The translations under genes and the position numbers were made by a program. A stretch of DNA of 32,000 nucleotides from contig NZ_LN885086.1 of the NCBI RefSeq assembly GCF_001458695.1, positions 1,050,001-1,082,000 on the forward strand. The letters are read 5' to 3'. This DNA is from Candidatus Nitrospira inopinata. GTDB lineage: Bacteria; Nitrospirota; Nitrospiria; Nitrospirales; Nitrospiraceae. The notes beneath the pieces are model-generated. The model saw only the letters and a list, made by a program, of their open reading frames with translations. It did not search any database and was not told the DNA's origin. Of this stretch, positions 25,875 to 32,000 are shown piece by piece; position 1 is the first letter of the stretch, and each line of letters starts with the position of its first letter.

Positions 25875-27380
25875 ATGCCGTCTATGGAATCGTTGAAGAA
25901 TGAAGAGCCTCGCGTTTCCCACGCGGAAACCGACGGAGCCGATCCCGGTGTGGCCGAGCCAGAGCCGGATGCTCCGGATTCTTTGAGGCGAACCAAGATT
26001 TCATGGTTTCGATGGCTGACCATCGAGCGGCGAATCTTGTTCGGATTCAGCCTCGTCTTTATCGGCATTCTTCTCATTTGCGCGATCTCCTACAGGAATA
26101 CCCGAGTGCTGCTCGACAACAGCGGCCGCGACACCAGAAGCTATGAATTGATTCAGGTGTTGCGCGACGTTGACGTTGCGACGGACGAAGCGGAAAAGCA
26201 TCTCCGCCGGTATCTTGTCACGGGCGAGCCGATCTATCTCGGCAACTATCGGGAGGTCGTGAAACAAAAGACGACTCTCGTCACGTACCTTAAAGATCTC
26301 GTCAGGGGATCGGTGGATCAGGAAGAACGTGTCGAGCGGCTGAACCAGGTCATGGAGCGACAGTTTGCGGCGCAAGCCGCGGCCATCGCCAAATTGGCCG
26401 AGGGAGGGATCAAGGCCGTCAAAAAGGCGGCGCTCGACGGCCCGGCGAAGCAGGAAATCGCGGAGATTCACCGGATCGTCGCGGCGATGGACCAGCACGA
26501 GCGGGAAGCCTTGCGCCTGCGGGTGATGCAATCGGCGGCCGAAACCAGGAAGACCATCGCGTTGCTCGCCGCCGGCGCCTTGCTCCAACTGGTTCTCCTG
26601 GCCGCCGTGTATTATCTCATCCGGCATGACATCACGGAGCGCCGGCGCGTGGCGGCCGAGCTCAAACGGCACAGCGCGCTGCTGGAGGCCGCGAACAAAG
26701 AACTCGAATCGTTCAGCTATTCGGTCTCGCACGATCTCAGGGCGCCGCTGCGGCACATCGACGGCTACGCGGCTCTCTTGCGCAAGGCGATGGCCGATTC
26801 GATGAGCGAGAAGGCCGCAAGATACTTGGACACGATTTCCGCGTCCGCGAAACAGATGGGTCAGTTGATCGACGACCTCCTGGTGTTTTCCAGGATGGGA
26901 CGTCAGGACATGTTTCGGACGACCGTCGATCTTGCTCGACTGGTGTCGACGGTCCGTGACGACTTACGCCTTGACTTGCACGGGAGAAAGATATCCTGGA
27001 CAATCGGGACGTTGCCCAGCGTGCCGGGCGATCCGGCCATGCTCCGGCAGGTGTTCATGAATTTGATCGCAAACGCCGTGAAGTTCACGGGCACCAGACC
27101 GACGGCGGAGATCGCGATCGGCGTCGACCGGCAGACGCCGACGGAGGTCGTGATCTTCGTGCGCGACAACGGCGTGGGGTTCGACATGCGGTATGCGTCG
27201 AAGCTGTTCGGGGTCTTTCAGCGGCTCCATCGGGCCGACGAATTCGAAGGGACCGGGATCGGACTTGCCAACGTGCGCCGAATCGTGCATCGTCACGGGG
27301 GGCGGGCATGGGCCGAGGGAGCGCCGGATCAAGGGGCGACGTTTTATGTGGCGCTTCCGACGGAGGGGAACGCTCGATGA
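25875..27380 (+). CDS. CHASE3-domain sensor histidine kinase
   Basis: TM1 (ILFGFSLVFIGILLICAI). Periplasmic CHASE3 pattern (TDEAEKHLRRYLVTGEPIYLGNY...). TM2. HisKA: FSYSVSHDLRAPLRHIDGYAALL. Complete HATPase_c: NLIANAVKFT, RDNGVGF, FQRLH, GTGIGLANVRRIV. Confidence 0.85.
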   Translation: MPSMESLKNEEPRVSHAETDGADPGVAEPEPDAPDSLRRTKISWFRWLTIERRILFGFSLVFIGILLICAISYRNTRVLLDNSGRDTRSYELIQVLRDVDVATDEAEKHLRRYLVTGEPIYLGNYREVVKQKTTLVTYLKDLVRGSVDQEERVERLNQVMERQFAAQAAAIAKLAEGGIKAVKKAALDGPAKQEIAEIHRIVAAMDQHEREALRLRVMQSAAETRKTIALLAAGALLQLVLLAAVYYLIRHDITERRRVAAELKRHSALLEAANKELESFSYSVSHDLRAPLRHIDGYAALLRKAMADSMSEKAARYLDTISASAKQMGQLIDDLLVFSRMGRQDMFRTTVDLARLVSTVRDDLRLDLHGRKISWTIGTLPSVPGDPAMLRQVFMNLIANAVKFTGTRPTAEIAIGVDRQTPTEVVIFVRDNGVGFDMRYASKLFGVFQRLHRADEFEGTGIGLANVRRIVHRHGGRAWAEGAPDQGATFYVALPTEGNAR

Positions 27381-27832
27381 ATCCTGCAAAACCAATCCTC
27401 TTGGCGGAGGACAATCCACTGGACGCGGAACTGGCCTTGGCCGCGATGGAGGAGCATCACATCTCCGACAAAGTGGTCGTGTGCCGCGACGGCGCGGAGG
27501 CGCTCGATTATTTGTATTGCCGGGGCGCGTTCACGTCGCGCCATAGAGGGAACCCGGTCGTGGTGTTTCTTGATCTCAAGATGCCGAAAGTCGACGGGCT
27601 GGAAGTCTTGCGGACGATGAAGTCGGACGAGAGTCTGCGGTCCATTCCGGTGGTCATGCTGACGTCGTCGCGCGAGGAGCGGGACCTGCGGGAAAGTTAT
27701 GCGCTGGGGGCCAACGCCTACGTCGTCAAGCCGGTCGAGTTCGGCCAATTCGTTTCCGCCGTCAAAGAACTGAGCCTGTTTTGGGGCATCATCAACGAGC
27801 CCCCTCCGGACTCATCGACACTCAAGACGTAG
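27377..27832 (+). CDS. single-domain response regulator (receiver only)
   Basis: ILLAEDNPLDAELA...VVFLDLKMPKVDGLEVL...VVMLTSS...YVVKP. ATG 27377 overlaps the kinase stop (ATGA). Confidence 0.88.
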   Translation: MNPAKPILLAEDNPLDAELALAAMEEHHISDKVVVCRDGAEALDYLYCRGAFTSRHRGNPVVVFLDLKMPKVDGLEVLRTMKSDESLRSIPVVMLTSSREERDLRESYALGANAYVVKPVEFGQFVSAVKELSLFWGIINEPPPDSSTLKT

Positions 27833-27896
27833 AGCCCGTCGCAGAATCGCTTGCCGTCGGAGATGGCAAGAAGGCTGTTGTCCGGTTCCACGGTTG

Positions 27897-29519
27897 ATGG
27901 CGATCAACACACGAGGTTCCGTGACGATTCCGCTTCGACTCCTCATCCTTGAAGACAACCAGACCGATGCCGATCTTGTCGTCGCCCTTCTGGCCGAGGG
28001 GGGAATCGTCTGCGCGGCGCGGCGCGTCGAAAGCCGCGACGCATTTGTGGCCGCCCTTCGGGAAGGCCGGGTCGATATGATTTTGGCCGACTATTCTCTG
28101 CCCGGTTTTAACGGAGAAACGGCCCTTGATCTGGCCAGGCACCTGGCGCCGGATATCCCCTTCCTGTTCGTCTCCGCGACCATCGGCGAGGACCTCGCCA
28201 TCGACATGATGCACCGGGGCGCCACGGACTATATTTTGAAGCAGCGGCTGGGCCGTCTCGTCCCGTCCGTTCAGCGCGCGCTGCGCGAGGCCTATGACCG
28301 AGCGGAGCGGAGGAAGGCCGAAGAGGCTCTGCGCCAGAGCGAACTGCAACTGCGGCAGTCGCAGAAAATGGAGGCGGTGGGACGGCTCGCCGGCGGATTG
28401 GCCCACGATTTCAACAATCTGCTCACCGTCATCATGGGGCAATGCCAGGTCTTGCTCGGTGACCTGAAGGCGGGTGATCCCTTGCGAAGCAAAGTAGAAG
28501 AAATCCATGGAGCCGGCGAACGGGCGGCCGTTCTCATTCGACAATTGTTGGCGTTCAGCAGAAAGCAGCCGTCCGAACCCAAGGTGCTCGACCTGAACGG
28601 TATTGTGGGCAACATCGAAACCATGCTGAGACGATTGATCGGAGAGGACGTCGATCTGATCGTGAAATCGAGCTCCGATCCGCTTCGTATCAAGGCCGAT
28701 CTTTCACAGATTGAGCAAATTGTGATGAATCTCGTCATCAACGCACGAGACGCCATGCCGCAAGGCGGAACGTTGACGCTTGAAACCGGCAAAGCCGATC
28801 TCCGTCGCGTGCCGATGTATTCTTTGAGGCCGTTGACGCCGGGCGCCTACGTGAAGCTGTCCGTGTCGGATACCGGCTGCGGGATGTCCGAGCACGTCCA
28901 GGCGCACATGTTCGAGCCGTTTTTTACGACCAAAGGAGAAGGCAAGGGCACGGGGCTGGGGCTCTCGACGGTGTTCGGCATCGTGGCGCAAAGCGGCGGA
29001 GGAATCGACGTGACGAGCGCGATCGGGAAAGGCACGCGGTTCGACGTCTATCTTCCGAGCGCCGCCGGTGAGATGGAAGAGGAGGCGAGCCGATCGTCGT
29101 CTCATCAGTCCGTCGAAGGGCATGAGATGATCTTGTTGGCGGAGGACGACAGCGGCGTCCGCGAGTTGATCCATGATTTGCTGAAGAAATTGGGGTATCG
29201 GGTATGCGCGGTCAGAAACGGTCTGGAAGCCTGTCTTATCGGGACTCAGCAAATCGGCGGGATCGATCTCCTGCTGACCGACGTCGTGATGCCGGGGATG
29301 AGCGGGATTGAATTGGCCGGACATCTTCGCGTCATCAAGCCGGATTTAAAACTCCTGTTTATATCGGGCTATCCCGACGATGCGGGCATCGGCGCGAACG
29401 ATCAGGCGAGCGCCTACGTACAGAAGCCGTTCACGCCGGAAACGTTGGCGCGGACGATCCGCGAGCTGCTCGACGGGAAAGCCGGTGGATCGGCGAACGC
29501 CCTTCTTCGGGAATCATGA
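27897..29519 (+). CDS. hybrid histidine kinase (REC - HisKA-like - HATPase_c - REC)
   Basis: N-terminal receiver: [13 protein letters not shown]...[13 protein letters not shown]. H-box: [18 protein letters not shown]. Complete ATPase: [32 protein letters not shown]. C-terminal receiver: [12 protein letters not shown]...[13 protein letters not shown]...QKPF. Confidence 0.88.
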   Translation: [540 protein letters not shown]

Positions 29520-30457
29520 CACACGGTCGTACTCGGACATTGTCCGATCACCAATCCGAGCGGCGTCGGTCGCACGAGATCGACTCATTGACGTCGAGCC
29601 TTCCATTGAGGAGACGGCGGAGAAGAAAGGGGTGCGGCATCGTCCGGATCGGGTCTGTGCTGGCGGTGCTGACCCTGGCGCCGCTTCCCGTGGCCGCGAC
29701 GAACATTCAGTGGGAACCGCTGACGGACGGGCTGGCGGTCTCGGTATGGACGCCCGGCTCTTCCTGTCCTGCCGTGCCGGATTTGCTGGCGATCGATGTC
29801 GATCCCGATCGGGCCAGATTCTCCATTCATTACTACGCTGATGAGAAGCTCACACAGCCGATTCCCATCGATCAATGGCAAAGACTGACGGGACATCCGG
29901 TGTTGTTTAACGCGGGACTGTTTCGTGAAAATTTTTCATATCTCGGGTTACTGTACAAGGACGGGAGGGCTTTGGGGAGTCGCAGACATGGAACCTGGCA
30001 GGGATTGTTCGCGGCCGAACCTGTTCACAAAGGGCTCAGAAAGGCGAGGGTCCTGGATCTGGCCATGGAGAGTTTTGATGAGGATCGGCCTCCGTACCGA
30101 GAAGCCGCCCAGTCGTTGATGTTGCTCGACAGTCGGCGGATGATTCGCGTGCGTCGGTCAGGGAAAGAGGCCTATCAAACCATTGTGGCCGAAACGGAAG
30201 CGGGGCACATCGTCATCATGAAAAGTCGGGAGGTCACCAGCCTCTACGATCTCGCGCAATGTCTGCGCGACGCCACGCCGTGGGTTCGCCAAGCCATGGC
30301 GATGGACGGGGGGTCGTCGTCGGATGTGTTGGTCGTGGAGTCGCTCTGGCGGGACGATCGCAGAACCGCCGGTCGCGTTTCGTGGAGGGCGTTGTTCGGC
30401 GGCAAGACGAGCGCCCATATCTCCTTGCCGACCGTGATCGGAGTCAGCCCGCGATGA
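29516..30457 (+). CDS. secreted phosphodiester glycosidase-family (DUF2233/NAGPA-like) protein
   Basis: Arg-rich N-region plus hydrophobic signal (RRRRRRKGCGIVRIGSVLAVLTLAPLPVAA). VLFNAGLF...SYLGLL and AMAMDGGSSSDVLV resemble the NAGPA-family NxGxF and LDGGGSS motifs. ATGA overlap with the hybrid kinase. An alternative TTG start lies a little downstream. Confidence 0.6.
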   Translation: MTHGRTRTLSDHQSERRRSHEIDSLTSSLPLRRRRRRKGCGIVRIGSVLAVLTLAPLPVAATNIQWEPLTDGLAVSVWTPGSSCPAVPDLLAIDVDPDRARFSIHYYADEKLTQPIPIDQWQRLTGHPVLFNAGLFRENFSYLGLLYKDGRALGSRRHGTWQGLFAAEPVHKGLRKARVLDLAMESFDEDRPPYREAAQSLMLLDSRRMIRVRRSGKEAYQTIVAETEAGHIVIMKSREVTSLYDLAQCLRDATPWVRQAMAMDGGSSSDVLVVESLWRDDRRTAGRVSWRALFGGKTSAHISLPTVIGVSPR

Positions 30458-30536
30458 TGCGAAAAAAGAGAGGATGGACGAAGAGGCCGGTTACGAGCCT
30501 TCAGAGCTCGTGCGACGGTGAACGGCGGAACGGAGC

Positions 30537-30962
30537 CTATCGTTTGGGACGCTCGACAGGGAAACCGGACTCGACCCAGGCGTTCATGCTGCCTTCGACG
30601 TTATACACGTGACGATAGCCCAAGTCGGCGAGCGTTTCCGCGGCGATGTTGCTTCGTCGCCCTGACTGGCAGTACACCACCACATGATCGTCGAGTTGAG
30701 CCCCGATTTCACGATGACGAGCCTTGATCTCGCGAAAGTCGATATTCAGATCGGTGCCCGGGATCATTCCCGCCCGATGTTCCTCGGGCGTCCGGACGTC
30801 CACCAGGATAAACCCCTTCTCTTCTTTGGAAAGCCCCTTGGAGAGGGAGGAATGGAGCTGTTGGACGGTGAGGAGATAGGAATGATATCCATACGCGAAG
30901 TCGCCGATCACAAATACGACCGCCAGCACACAGCCCAGCAGGTTCACAACAGCACGTTTCAT
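30537..30962 (-). CDS. membrane-anchored or secreted single-domain rhodanese (sulfurtransferase)
   Basis: ILVDVRTPEEHRAGMIPGT...VVVYCQSGRRSNIAAETLADLGYRHVYNVEGSMNAW shows the rhodanese fold with the active-site loop CQSGRRS. N-terminal hydrophobic segment: MKRAVVNLLGCVLAVVFVI. ATG 30962 is preceded by GGAAGGAG. Confidence 0.8.
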   Translation of the reverse strand: MKRAVVNLLGCVLAVVFVIGDFAYGYHSYLLTVQQLHSSLSKGLSKEEKGFILVDVRTPEEHRAGMIPGTDLNIDFREIKARHREIGAQLDDHVVVYCQSGRRSNIAAETLADLGYRHVYNVEGSMNAWVESGFPVERPKR

Positions 30963-31058
30963 GCTCGTGACTCCTTCCGTGTCATGTTCAAAACAGTCCG
31001 ATCTTGGTTTCATCATAAAAGCGGGGCGAAAGTCCGGTCAAGAGTCGGATCGACGGCC

Positions 31059-31349
31059 ATGCTCGCCCTCTTGGCCCTCCTCGTTGGCTGTGCCGACGGC
31101 GTGAAACTCGTGCAGGAACAGGAGAACGGCGGGGTGGTCGTCTATCCCTTCAAAGAAGGACAAGGGCCGTTGCTTTCTTCATTTCGGACCGAGGCGCTCG
31201 CCGTCATCCGTCGAAAGTGCGGGGAACGATCCTACGACATCCTCCGCGAGGGAGAGGCCAAGGGGCGAGCCCGCGTCGTCAGCCCCATCGAAGGCCAGGA
31301 AGAAGTGATCCACGAACGGCGGTGGGGCATTCAGTTTCAATGCAGGTAG
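31059..31349 (+). CDS. small hypothetical lipoprotein (96 aa)
   Basis: MLALLALLVGCADG has a lipobox (LVGC) directly after a short hydrophobic leader. This is the in-frame tail of ORF 30684..31349; the 5' part of that ORF is antisense to the rhodanese gene. Confidence 0.45.
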   Translation: MLALLALLVGCADGVKLVQEQENGGVVVYPFKEGQGPLLSSFRTEALAVIRRKCGERSYDILREGEAKGRARVVSPIEGQEEVIHERRWGIQFQCR

Positions 31350-31365
31350 GGAGGGTTCCCCGCCC

Positions 31366-31953
31366 CTAACGCGCCGACGGAGGGCCTGGTCGATCCGTCA
31401 AGTCGCGGACGTTCAACAAACTGAGCAGCGTCAATCCCTCCTGTTCGACGTTGCGTTTCCCTTCCTGTTCGTTCCGATCCACAATCACCAGCGCGTGCGT
31501 GACGGTCAGGCCCGCGTCCCTCGCCGCGGCGACGGCCTTCAACAATGATCCGCCGCTGGTTAGCACGTCATCGACGATGACCGCGCGGTCTCCGGGGCGA
31601 ACGGCCCCTTCGATCAACTTCCCCAGACCATGGTCTTTGGCCTGTTTCCGCACAACGAACGTCCGCCACTCTCTCGGAGAGTGGGCGGACAACGCATAGT
31701 CCGAAATGGAGGTGGCGATAGCGATCGCCCCGATCTCGAGACCACCCAGACAATCGAATTCGACGGACTTCAGGATGTCGTAACTCATCTGAGCCACCAA
31801 TCGCCGAGCATGGGGATGGGCCATGAGAGAACGGCAATCGATGTAAAAGGGACTCGTCAGTCCCGAGGCGAGTCTGAAACCTTTGTCGGGGTCCCATTTG
31901 AACGAGTAGGTGTCGTGGAAGGCGCGGACCAATTGGTCACGAATCGTTGTCAT
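31366..31953 (-). CDS. pyrE: orotate phosphoribosyltransferase
   Basis: FRLASGLTSPFYIDCR, and the PRPP-binding motif RAVIVDDVLTSGGS; about 195 aa from ATG 31953. Confidence 0.88.
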   Translation of the reverse strand: MTTIRDQLVRAFHDTYSFKWDPDKGFRLASGLTSPFYIDCRSLMAHPHARRLVAQMSYDILKSVEFDCLGGLEIGAIAIATSISDYALSAHSPREWRTFVVRKQAKDHGLGKLIEGAVRPGDRAVIVDDVLTSGGSLLKAVAAARDAGLTVTHALVIVDRNEQEGKRNVEQEGLTLLSLLNVRDLTDRPGPPSAR

Positions 31954-32000
31954 GGATTGTGCCTCATATGAGCCGACGAGCGGCGCATTGTACACCGAAC

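Overview
GC-rich (about 60 %) bacterial chromosomal segment. I saw no mobile elements, CRISPR arrays or recognisable defence genes. All functional calls come from motif recognition by eye; no database search was possible.

Gene content, left to right:
- Minus-strand housekeeping block: nagZ-like GH3 (partial, runs off the left edge), pepA, queE, a HAD-IB hydrolase.
- tRNA-Leu(GAG) with a near-consensus sigma70 promoter.
- A three-gene signalling module: NarL-type regulator, PAS histidine kinase, CheY-like receiver.
- A small membrane protein.
- priA and an OmpA-family gene on the minus strand.
- A roughly 770 bp divergent non-coding region.
- A 12-gene respiratory complex I (nuo) operon, about 13.7 kb.
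- A CHASE3 kinase / receiver / hybrid kinase / phosphodiester-glycosidase operon.
- A rhodanese, a small lipoprotein and pyrE.

The most unusual content is the nuo operon, ordered A-B-C-D-G-I-J-K-L-M-M-N:
- It has two tandem NuoM paralogs (the 2M type).
- NuoL has an apparent ~25-residue duplication in its lateral helix.
- A NuoG-like subunit is present, but nuoE, nuoF and nuoH are absent from the cluster.
- The second NuoM lacks the conserved TM7 lysine.

Secondary oddities:
- The PriA homologue has degenerate helicase/ATPase motifs I, Ia, II, III and VI, while its zinc-binding Cys-rich region is intact.
- The PAS histidine kinase has lost the N-box Asn and the F/G2 (ATP-lid) segment of its ATP-binding domain.

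Taxonomic guess: Nitrospirota-like. This rests only on the 2M complex I architecture and base composition, and is low-confidence inference.
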